A DNA stretch of 64,000 bases from positions 95,542,001 to 95,606,000 of the forward strand of contig OZ024744.1 of the NCBI GenBank assembly GCA_964016885.1, read 5' to 3'. The notes under the pieces are model-generated. The model saw only the letters and a program-made list of their open reading frames with translations. It was not told where the DNA came from and did no database searches. Source of the DNA: Eledone cirrhosa. Lineage: Eukaryota. This document shows positions 53,706 through 64,000 of this stretch, piece after piece. The stretch's first letter is position 1; every line of letters starts with the position of its first letter. A program made the translations under genes and the position numbers.

Positions 53706-54179
53706 AGATGTATGTGTGTGTGTGTGTGCATGTATGTATGCATGCATGTATGTATATATGTATGTATGTATGTATGCATGTGTGTATTTCTGTGTGTATG
53801 TATGTGTGTCAGTCTAATCATATCCTACCCATTCTAGAGTGGAAGATAGACGATAAACGATGATGATGTATGTATGTATGTATTTGTGTATGTATGTATT
53901 TGTGTATGTATGTATGGGAGCTTATAGATTGGACAACACACGCTGTCTTTTCGTGGGGTAAGTTTTGATTAATTTTTGTATTCTGAAACATCAAAATACA
54001 ACAAAGTTTTTGCTCACTAGACTCTGGAAATAACCTGATAGAAGTTGTGGAAGTTGCACAAATATTTTTATATATTTTCCCAGTGCAATCGTTATTTACA
54101 TTTACTTACATCCTAATACTGGTAGGCAGTACAGTGAGCCAAATATCTATGTGTATGGTAAACGACTTGGAGTGGTTGA

Positions 54180-55156
54180 TCAGTTTGTCTACCTGGGAAG
54201 CACTCAATCAATACACCAATCTTGATAATGAAATTCCACTCAGGATTAGGAAAGCAAGTGATGCTTTTGGAAAGCTAGAAAGGCACCTCTGGGGTTGCCG
54301 AGATATATGCAAGGAGACAAAGACAAAGGACAAGGCATGTGTGCTCTCTTCTCTTCTTTATGCCGGCGTGACCTGGGTCACATATCGAAACCACCTTAAA
54401 CAATTGGAGCATTTCCGTCAGATGTGTCTCAGACGGATCCATGGTGTTCACTGGAGGGACCACATCAGTGATGTCGAGATTTTGGAAAGCTCTGTGTGTG
54501 ACAGTATAGAAGCTCTTGTGCTTAAGCAACGACTCCGTTGGAGTGGTCACCTTGCCAGGATGAAGGATTCTAGAATACCAAAACTATTTTATGGAGAGTT
54601 AGTTAAAGGAAAACGACCGCCACATAAACCAAAAAAGAGGTATAAGGATTCCTTGAAAGCCTCTCTGAAAGACGCTAACATCTCTGCTGATACATGGGAA
54701 AATATTGCTGCTGATCGTAATAAATGGAGAAAGAGTGTATATGAGGGAAAAGTTACCTTTGAGGCATCTCGAATCGCACACGAGAAAGTAAAGCGGGATG
54801 TGAGGAAGGGCATTGCTGTTGCACTTCCAGACGGCGAGGGTCCTCCTATGGTGCTGACATGCAGCGTCTGTGCGAGACTCTGCCTAAGCAAAGCTGGACT
54901 CGAAAGTCATCTTCGCAGTCATAAAGTAAGACCAGTGGTTGACTACCAGGCTGCTGTTGGAGATGCTACTCATCATGCCTGCCAAACATGTGGTAGAGAA
55001 TGTAAATCAGCAGGAGGGCTCAAATTACATGAAAAAGCACATGAACTCCAACCACAGCCGACTATTCCCAGTGAATGTTTTGGTTGCCAACTCTGTGCAA
55101 GACATTTTAGATCATTGGCTGGGCTAAAAAGCCACATTCGATCGCAGCACCGTTAA
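54180..55156 (+). mobile_element. RTE (BovB-like) LINE 3' fragment ending in three C2H2 zinc fingers
   Basis: FVYLGST, RIRKASDAFGKL, RLRWSGHLARM, then CSVC...HLRSH, CQTC...HEKAH, CQLC...HIRSQH. Confidence 0.85.
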
Positions 55157-55205
55157 TTGTTATTGTGTGTGTGCGTGTATGTGTATATATATATATATTT
55201 ATTAC

Positions 55206-55616
55206 AATCCCTAATTAACTTTTTCAAGTTTCACTTGAAGAGGAAAATCAGGGTGGAAAGGCAAGTGCTGTCTTCTAGTAAGTTTGTTGAAAGGTGGGTG
55301 AAAGTGGCGAGTTAGGTCCAAGTAAATGGGCCCACTCTTAGTATGCGCCTGTAGACTGAGGAGTGGGAAAACTGAGAGAGGGCGCTTGCCCTAGTGGTCA
55401 GGGTGGCTGTGGTCTCTTGTGTGGTTTTTGTCACAAGTGACCCTCGGAGGCTTCCCCCTTTTTGGGAAATTTTTGTTGTTTGAAATTCTGTCTTGTTATA
55501 ACCGTTTTACACGGCCAAAACCCACTTTGTACCGTCCTGTGCCGTCTGTAATGTTTTTCTTCATGTTAGCCCTTGTGGCCAATAAAAAAACCATTATTAT
55601 TATTATTATTATTATT
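55206..55616 (+). mobile_element. Tx1-clade LINE copy 1: short 3' fragment with (ATT)n tail
   Basis: Homologous to the 3' ends at 56777-57230 and 62594-63020. Confidence 0.9.
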
Positions 55617-57230
55617 CTCAAGGAATACGAAGCGGTGACAGGAGCAAAGATAAACCAGGAAAAGTCGGTGAGCTTGCAGCTTGGCACCTGGAGAGGCAAG
55701 TCCATGCTCTTCGACAGCGTCGTGGGACGTTGGACGGACGGGCCGGTTAAATTGCTCGGGGTCTGGTTCGGACCGGACCTCCAGATTGAGAAAAACTGAA
55801 ACGAGGTGACGAGCAGGGTGGCCTCCCTCACCCAGAAATGGGCCGAGAGGAAGCTGTCCCTGAAAGGCCGGGCGGAGGTGGTGAATGCGTACATCGCATC
55901 CGTCATCTGCTACCGCCTCACCGTCGTACCTTGCCCCGGCCCAACTCTCACCAAAATGGAGCGCCTCCTCTTCCGCTTTTTGTGGAAGGGATGCGCTCCC
56001 ATGGTCAGGCGGTCCATCTGCTGTCAACACCCGTTACGTGGAGGACTGGGCATGCCATGGCAGATGATGCGCAAACATGCGCTAAGGCTGCGACATCTCT
56101 GGTGCTTCCTTGACGGTGAACAGGTGTGGTCGCTGCTCGGCAGGCACGTTTTCCCACAGCTCGTCTCCTTGACGGAGTTGCAGTCCTGGCTCAGGAAAAG
56201 ACCGAGGGATAGCGCTTGGAAACTGGAATGTCTCCAGGCGCTCACTTCCCTCTGCCAGCTGGGCACCAGTATCGGTGGAACATCCACCTTGGCGTTCTAT
56301 AGCGGACTAGTGGAGGAGAAGAGCGACGACATTCTCGGAGAGATCCTGGGTGTCGAAGAAGATCAGCTGTTTGCTCTCTTCCGGAGAACTTTCAGCCCAG
56401 GGCCTATGGATAACTTTAAAAAATCCCTGGCCTGGCAGTGTTACCGGGGAGTGTTGCTGGTTCGAGATAAGCTCTACAGGCACGGAAGTGCCGTTAGCCG
56501 AGCCTGTCCGAGATGCGCGCAGAGCGACGAAACCGTTGTGCACGCATTCGTTCAATGCCCGAGCATTGTTGTGACTTGTGGAGCTATGTCGAACAGTTGC
56601 TGTCGCGTGTAGGACCAATCCAGTTATCGACTGAGTCCATTGTGCAGATGGTCTCGCCGTCTTCCTTCGAGGAGGAAGGGCAGGCGGTTTTCATCTGCCT
56701 GGTGGTCATGGCGAAAGAGATTGTGTGGTGGACAAGGTTAAAAGGGTTAAAGACAGACACTTTCCTCTTCGGCGAATCCCTGTTTAACTTTTTCAAGTTT
56801 CACTTGAAGAGGAAAATCAGGGTGGAGAGGTAAGTGCTGCCTTCTAGCAAGTTTGTTGAAAGGTGGGTGAATGTAGCGAGAATGGCTCTGAGTGAACGGG
56901 ACAGCTCTGAATATACGTCTGTAGTTTGAGAAATGGAAAAATTGAGAGAGGGCGCTTGCCCTGGTCGTCAGGATGGCCGTGGTCTTTTGTGTGGTTTTCG
57001 TGACGAGTAACCGTCGGAGGTTTCCCCCCTATTGGGGAATTTTTCATTGTTTCAATTTTCATTTTTATTGTTTATATGTTTCTATGTCCTTTTTTTTTTT
57101 TCTTATATAAATAATAAAAATATTTACACGCACAAAACCCACATCGTACCGTCCTGTGCCGTCTGTAATGTTTTTCTTGATGTCAGCCCTTGTGGCCAAT
57201 AAAGAAATCATTATTATTATTATTATTATT
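55617..57230 (+). mobile_element. Tx1-clade LINE copy 2: 5'-truncated, disrupted ORF2 C-terminal half, (ATT)n tail
   Basis: YEAVTGAKINQEKS, LSLKGRAEV, GGLGMP, CPRCAQSDETVVHAFVQC; stop at 55797 and a frameshift near 56570. Confidence 0.92.
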
Positions 57231-57610
57231 GGCGAGCTACGTAAGAAATCGTATTATCGTGAGCTCCGCAAAGGTTTGTTATTTCCGTTTGTTTAAAAAT
57301 TGCCATTTATGGAAAATTTTATTGTAAACTGTTTATAAGCACACATACATTGTTTTCCGAAAACGACACCCAAAAAGATTGGGGCCTTGTGCCCAAAATT
57401 TTAACTTTTATTATTATCCAAAAATTTATTTGAAAAAAAATGGCTAATTCCCCTCTGCACGAAGCAGCTGAAAGCCTTCCTCACAAAATAACACCTCACA
57501 CCGACACCACCATTGTAAATGTTACTACGTTTGCCAACACAAAAAAAAATATAAGCAGTAGCAATATTTAAAATTTGTCTCAGGCAGACATTCATTTCCC
57601 GCCATTACCA

Positions 57611-59423
57611 ATGACTGCAGGTGTTAAACCCTCCACCACCACCACCACCGCAACAACCACCACCACCACCACCACCGTGACAACAGAAACAAAAGAAGAA
57701 AAAAATAAAGTAACTCGTGACGTCGAAATGAAATCAAGCAAAATGGACTCTTCCCCACCAAAGACGACTGACGTCAGCACCACCACAACTGAAAATAAAA
57801 TTAATATTAACGCTAGCAACAACAACAACAATGACATTATAAAACCGACCCTCAGTTTCGCCATCGTAGCAAAACAATTCGAAGCGTTCACGGTAACTCA
57901 AGAAGATTTAGAAAATGCCAAATAAATGGTAAAGAAAGATGGGTACAGGGTCAGCCTCACCCCCCCCCCCACCTAATAAAATGGAGCATCGGCGCCTATG
58001 CATCGTGTCGTATAGAACAATAAATGTAAAATCGCGCCGAGTGGAACGGGCATCCGAGTCCCAAATCCAAAATGCTTTGGGACATGTGTGGGCAAGAAAA
58101 ACCCACATCAGACGTGGGCAAAAGTATGGAACCGTGGATGTGTTCTTTGAAACACCAGAGGAGGCTAGAGAACACTCCATGGCCCCATTAAAAAGTGACG
58201 ACTTCACACTCGTCCCAAGCTATTGTGGCCAGAGACTCGTAAAGATCAGGGTGACCCACGTTCCACCGGCCATCGAAATTCCCTGGCTAATAGCGGCTGT
58301 CATCGCCGGCATCGAGGCCAACACGAAAATAATAACAATAGCAAAAGAAAAGCAGGAAAACTGGTCCGGATCTGGGATGGAGCTCCTGATCCAAGCGGAC
58401 CAAAAAAGCATTGAGGAGATCCCAGAGGTAATAGACCTCACTGACGGCAGCCACCTCACGGTAATTGTCGAGGGCAGAAGACCTAGGTGTGTCGTTTGTG
58501 GTGAAGGAACCCACCTAAGGGCTTTCTGCCCTCAGGCTAAAAGGTTGAGGCCACCTCTCCTACCCACCCCAGTGACACAACCATCAACACCACCAGTAGC
58601 AGAGATGCCAGCAACAACTGTAGCAACAACAACAGAAGCAACTATAACAGCAACAACCCCAGCAACAGTAGCAAAACCAACACCACTACCACCACCAGCA
58701 AAACCACCACCACCCAACGCTTCAGAACTAGCACCAGCGCCTACACCATCCACCACACCACAACCAAAACTAACGGCTGTGGAGGATTTTCCACTCCCCG
58801 GCCTATCACAACTGGAGACAGATTGTGACGACGAGGAGTGGGAAACGATATCCGGAAAAAAAAAAAGATACCAAAAAAGAAAAAATTCTCTTCCTTCCCC
58901 CTCCAAAAACAAAATACAGAGGGAAACAAATAAACTAAGAAACAAAAAAGTTAGGACAGATATGCCACCATCCACACCAGCATCACCAACCCCATCAACC
59001 CAAACACCAACACCATCACCATCATTAACTCCAACACCACCATCACCTACACCACAAAAGTCACCAAAATGCGAAACAGAAACAAACCCACAACAAACGC
59101 AAACAAAACAAAACAACCAAAACGATACACACTACACAGCATTAAATTTGAACAACAAGCAATTATTGCACTACATCCAACACAACACCAGCATCACAGA
59201 AAAAGACTACACAACAACCCCAAAATTCACACCACCTCCACACATACAAATCACTCGCATCACACAGAAAACGTACATGACACTAAAACAAAAATTCCCC
59301 AAAGACATCGGAGACTTCCGACAAGCACTCTCCAGGAGGATTTATAAGGACATCCTTCCTGAGGAGGCCACAAGCAGTGAAAAGGATGGAAAAACCGTCC
59401 TTCCCCTACGAGAAGTAAGGTAA
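57611..59423 (+). pseudogene. Tx1 ORF1 with CCHC zinc knuckle and Pro/Thr-rich tail
   Basis: CVVCGEGTHLRAFC is CX2CX4HX4C. The upstream frame from ATG 57611 appears to join via a stop at 57923 and a slip in the poly-C at about 57960; 57939-59423 is open. Confidence 0.8.
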
Positions 59424-59457
59424 GTGGTCTTTCCCATCTTTTCCACTCCTTTTCAAC

Positions 59458-62400
59458 ATGACCTCACTCAGAATAGGCAGCATAAATGCGCGTGGCTTGG
59501 GGTCGTCATGGAAGCAGGGCCACCTGCTCAACGACCTCAGGTCACTAAACATAGATGTAGTGGCCATCAGCGAGACCAGAATCTCCGAAGCACAGGCTTT
59601 CGCACCGATCTTCGGCGGCTACGATGTGTACGCATCTCCCAGCCGTCCGGGATCGGGGGGAGGAGTTGCTGTGCTTTTTCGGAGAGGTTTGGATCTTGCC
59701 ATACGGGCCATCTTCCTGGACCCAGAAGGTAAGTTGGTGGTGCTGGACGTGACCAGCGGAGACGGGCAAGCTTTCAGGTTAGTGGCCGTCTATGCCCCGA
59801 CAGGAGCAGGGCGGCCTGATTTCTTCCGGCGTCTGGAGACCTTTCTTGGAACGTCCCGCTCTTTAGTGTTAGTGGGCGACTGGAACGGGATCTTAGATGC
59901 ACGCTGGGATTGTGTGGGATTAGTGGATAGGGAAGGAGGGTGCAAGAGTCTCACCAACCTGCTCAGACGTTTTGAACTGTCTGACAGGTACCGAATGGAT
60001 TTCCCGAATGTACCAATGTGGACTTGGACAAATCGCATAGGGTCATCCAGATCATATCTAGATAGAGTATTTTGTAGGGAAATAGATAGGTCTAGCATAG
60101 GCTGTCCACAATTCAAGATAGTCAGCTACACGGACCACAAATTCGTGATCTGTGTGCTTGACTTAGATAGGCTTCATAGACGAGGACCCGGCTACTGGAA
60201 GCTAAACGCGTCCTTACCAGCGCGCAAGGCCTACAGAGACCGGATTAGCGAACTAGTTAAGCGGGCGTTGACGGGGGCCATCGTCAACAACAAGTGGTGG
60301 TTTGCTCTGAAAAGAGCAATTAGAATAGAGTCCATTAGGTTTAGTAAGACTTTAGCAATAGAGAAAAATAGAGCAGAGGGAGAATTAGTTAGAAAATTAG
60401 ATGAGGCGCTTAGCAAAGGCATCGCGACCGACGTACTTGCGGCGAAATTGGCCCTTGACCAATTCTTCAATGCAAAGCACGAAGGCTGCGTTGTCAGAGC
60501 TAGGGTGCGTGCTCTCAGACACGAGGGGACGAAAGCCGTTCAATGGGCCCGAGTGGCGGAGGCGCGTCGTGGCAACAAAGCCACGATCCGGTCTTTGGTG
60601 GACCACGACGGGCGCATGCTACTCGATCCCGGGCAAATGTGTGAAGCTTTTCAGCGACACTTCGCTCAACTGTTCGGGGGCAGTGGCGGGCCGGATCGAG
60701 GGATGGACTTTAGTGTCTACCTCGACGGACTGCCGCGGCTTTCGGCCACTGAGGCGGAGTGTTGCGAAAAGCCGATAACAACCGCTGAAGTACGGGATGC
60801 AATGACTAGTTGCACAAGGGGCAAATCGCCTGGTTTGGATGGTCTGCCCTATGAACTTTACGTACAAATGCCAAACTTGTTCGGAGGCCTCTTGGCGGAC
60901 GTCTACTGCAACTGGCAACAGAACGGGAGAATTCCCAGCTCTGTGAGCCGAGAAGCTGTGGCGCTGCTGAGAAAGGATCCGAACAAGGGGGATAACATAG
61001 ATAATTTTAGGCCCATAACACAGAGTTCAAGATTTTGGCCAAGGTGCTAGCAAAGAGGTTGGCGCTTGTCGTTGGTGGTCTGGTGGGAGAGGCACAGACA
61101 TGCGCCATTCCCGACAGATCCATCCACGACAACCTCCACCTCATGCGATACATCGTAGAGAGGGTAGCTAGGGAACCTGGCACGGGTGGGTCTTTGATCA
61201 ATTTAGATCAGTCGAAAGCCTTCGATAGGGTCGACCATCGTTACCTAGCGGCAGTCCTGAGGGCGGCTGGCTTTGGGCCCGTCTTCAGAGGCTGGATCGC
61301 TGCCATGCACAGCGACATCTGCTCTGTAGTGAGAGTGAACGGTCACCTTTCGGAACCGTTCAACATCATGCGCTCGGTCCGCCAAGGATGTCCCCTCTCG
61401 TCCCTATTGTACGTATTGACTCTCGAGCCATTACTGCACAAACTACGAAGCGGTGACAGGAGCAATGATCAACCAGGAAAAGTCAGTGGGCCTGCAGCTC
61501 GGCAGCTGGAGAGGCAGGTCCATGCCGTCCAACAGCGTCGTCGGGCGCTGGACGGACGGACCGGTTAAATTGCTAGGGGTCTGGTTCGGTCCAGACCTCC
61601 AGACGGACAAAAACTGGGACGAGGTGACGAGCAGGGTGGCTTCTCTCACCCAGAAATGGGCCGAGAGGAAGCTATCCCTGAAAGGTCGAGCGGAGGTGGC
61701 TAACGCGTACATCGCGTCTGTCATCTGCTACCGCCTGACCGTCGTACCTTGTCCTAAGCCCCGCCTGACTGCGCTGGAGCGTTTGCTCTTTCGCTTCTTG
61801 TGGAAGGGACGCGCTCCGATGGTCAGGTGGTCCATCTGCTGTCAACACCCGCTACGTGGAGGGCTGGGCATGCCGTGGCTGATGATGCGCAGACACGCGC
61901 TCAGGCTACGACATCTCCACCTCTTCCTCGACGGTGATCAGGTGTGGTCGCCTTTTGCAAGACACGTTTTTCCCCAGCTCGTCTCCTTGATGGAGCTGCA
62001 GTCCTGGGTCAAGCGAAGACCGAGAGGGAACGCTTGGAGACTGGAATGTCTTCAGGCGCTCACAGCCCTCGACCAATCGGGCAATGTGATCGGTGGAAAC
62101 TCCACCTTGGCGTTCTATAGGGGATTAGTGGAGGGGAAGAGCGACGACGTACTTGGAGAAACTCTAGGCGTCGACGAAAATCAACTAGCCAATCTCTTCG
62201 GAAGGACTTTCGGGCCGGGGCCTATGGACAACTTCCAGAAATCCCTGGCCTGGCAGTGCTACCGAGGAGCTTTGCCAGTTCGGGATAAACTCTACAGGCA
62301 TGGAGGTGCCGTCAGCCGGGCATGTCCGAGATGCGCGCAGGGCGACGAAACCGTCCTGCACGCACTCGTCCAGTGTCCGAGCATTGCTGACTTGTGGGTT

Positions 62401-62739
62401 TATGTCGAACACCTGCTGTCACGTGTAGGACCTATCCAGCTATCAGCTGAGTCCATCGTGAGGATTGCCCCGCCCCCTTCCTTTAGCCTGGAAGGGCAGG
62501 CAGTTTTTATCTGTCTGGTGGCCATGGCGAAAGAGATAGTATGGTGGACACGTTTGAAAGGGCTGAAGACGAGCACTTACCTCTTCGGTGATGCCCTGAT
62601 TAACTTTTTCAAATTTCATTTGAAAAGGAAAATCAGGGTAGAGAGGGAAGTGCTCTCTTCCCAGCATTTTGTTGAAAGATGGGTGAGAGAAGCAAGTATG
62701 GCCCGAATGAATGGGCCTACTCTGAGTATGTGTCTGTAA
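59458..62739 (+). pseudogene. Tx1 ORF2: APE endonuclease, RT, C-terminal zinc finger; two frameshifting deletions
   Basis: SINARGL, ISET, VYAP, GDWN, YLDRV, TDH, PGYWKLN, KSPGLDGLP, FRPIT, DQSKAFDRV, RQGCPLS, CPRCAQGDETVLHALVQC; breaks near 61020 and 61445; no YADD motif. Confidence 0.92.
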
Positions 62740-62971
62740 ATTAAAGGTGGAAAACTGGGAGAGGGCACTTGCCCTGGTGGTCAGGGCCACTGTGGTCTTT
62801 TAATGGGCTTTCTCCACAAATGTCCCTTGGAAGTCTCCCCCCTATTGGGGAATTTTTCTTTGTTATTTTATTTCAACCTCTGTTTTTTTACACGCAGAAA
62901 TGCCCATTTGTACCGTCCTGTACTGTCCTTAATGTCTACTTTATGTGAACCCTTGTGGTTAATAAAGAAAA

Positions 62972-63020
<49 letters not shown>

Positions 63021-64000
63021 GTCGTTATTATGATTTTTTTTTTTTGTGCAATGACCATACATTATATACATACATACATGTATGTATATAATGTATGTAT
63101 GTATGTATGTATGTATGTATGTATGTATGTATGTATGTATGTATGTATGTATGTATGTATGTCAGGTCACCAGTTGGTGCTACTGGTAACATGTATCCCT
63201 ATCCCAGTACAACCTGTCTCATGGTCGGGTTGTTGGCGACTAAACTGGCAACCCCACCAAGGTTTCTTGGTGAGGAGGGTGACTTTGGACATCCTGCAGG
63301 ACTAAAAACAAAACCTGTCAAAGGGCAAAGGAGCTCTTAAGAGTCAATGGCCATCCAAAATCACCAGGAGAGATGACCCCTTAGCCTTTGTCAAGGCAGA
63401 ATTCTAGGAGAAGGAAAACTCTGATATAACACCTGCAACTCTGATGGTATCCAATGATGTTGACTTGTTCTTCTTTTTGGTAAATATCATCTTGGTTAAG
63501 AGAGTGGGGCTGGCTTTGTGCAGTGCCTTTGCTCACTATAAAAGCTTCACGGCACAGGCATTGCTTTATATCTGGAGATCTCTCTGCACTTGTCGTCACA
63601 TGGTACCATGGGCCCAGCACTATGTGTCAATAATTGTCACAAGTGTAGTGTTTGTACCAGAATTTTCAAGTAGTTGGCTGGACTAAAAAGTCACACTCGT
63701 TCAGCGCATCGGTAGGGGTTCTCCTACATGGATATAAAGTAGTGGCCGTACTCGAAAACGAGTTGGCAGCCACCATGTTTTATGTATGTATATGCATGTG
63801 TGTAATTGTATATGTGTGCATGTGTATGCACGTATGTCAGTCTAACCATTCATCTACAAGTCTGTAATCCTCCAGTAGTGACCACCTATATTTATTTCAA
63901 AATCTGTAGCCAGAATTATGTATCTCTTTCTTTTAATGAGTTAAAAGTATGATTCGAGGGAGATTGGACTGTTATTTCTAACAGGACAGCTAGACATATA

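Larger units (their letters stand above)
57231..63020 (+). mobile_element. Tx1-clade LINE copy 3: full length but defective
   Basis: 5' UTR, ORF1, 34-nt spacer, ORF2, 3' UTR with AATAAA, (ATT)n tail; (ATT)n also immediately upstream. Confidence 0.93.

Noticed and set aside
54047-54180. Hydrophobic N-terminus of the 369-aa ORF as a signal or membrane segment
   Set aside because: Non-ATG start, upstream of the RTE homology and of a frameshift; chance read-through.

Overview
Eukaryotic, AT-rich, repeat-dense DNA. The SINE and RTE motifs suggest a mollusc, possibly an octopus-like cephalopod (inference). One host gene is visible: its last two coding exons on + (1228-1347 and 4605-7443, splice phases compatible) encode a Ser/Gln/His-rich low-complexity C-terminus, followed by a long AT-rich probable 3' UTR. 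The rest is mobile DNA: decayed RTE-clade LINEs, a head-to-tail array of three Tx1-clade LINEs (one full length) joined by (ATT)n, tRNA-head SINE families, two non-autonomous Helitrons, piggyBac/Tc1-mariner/hAT MITEs, two probable solo LTRs, a Penelope-type hammerhead remnant and several tandem arrays. Best leads: (1) an (ATT)n-targeting Tx1 LINE with a tRNA-SINE that shares its 3' end and forms the same head-to-tail arrays; (2) satellites (93, 107, 48 bp) born inside RTE sequence; (3) SINEs built from the 5' UTR and 3' end of the local RTE, with alternative tails. No prokaryotic systems or CRISPR arrays. Repeat boundaries were read by eye and are approximate unless termini are quoted.
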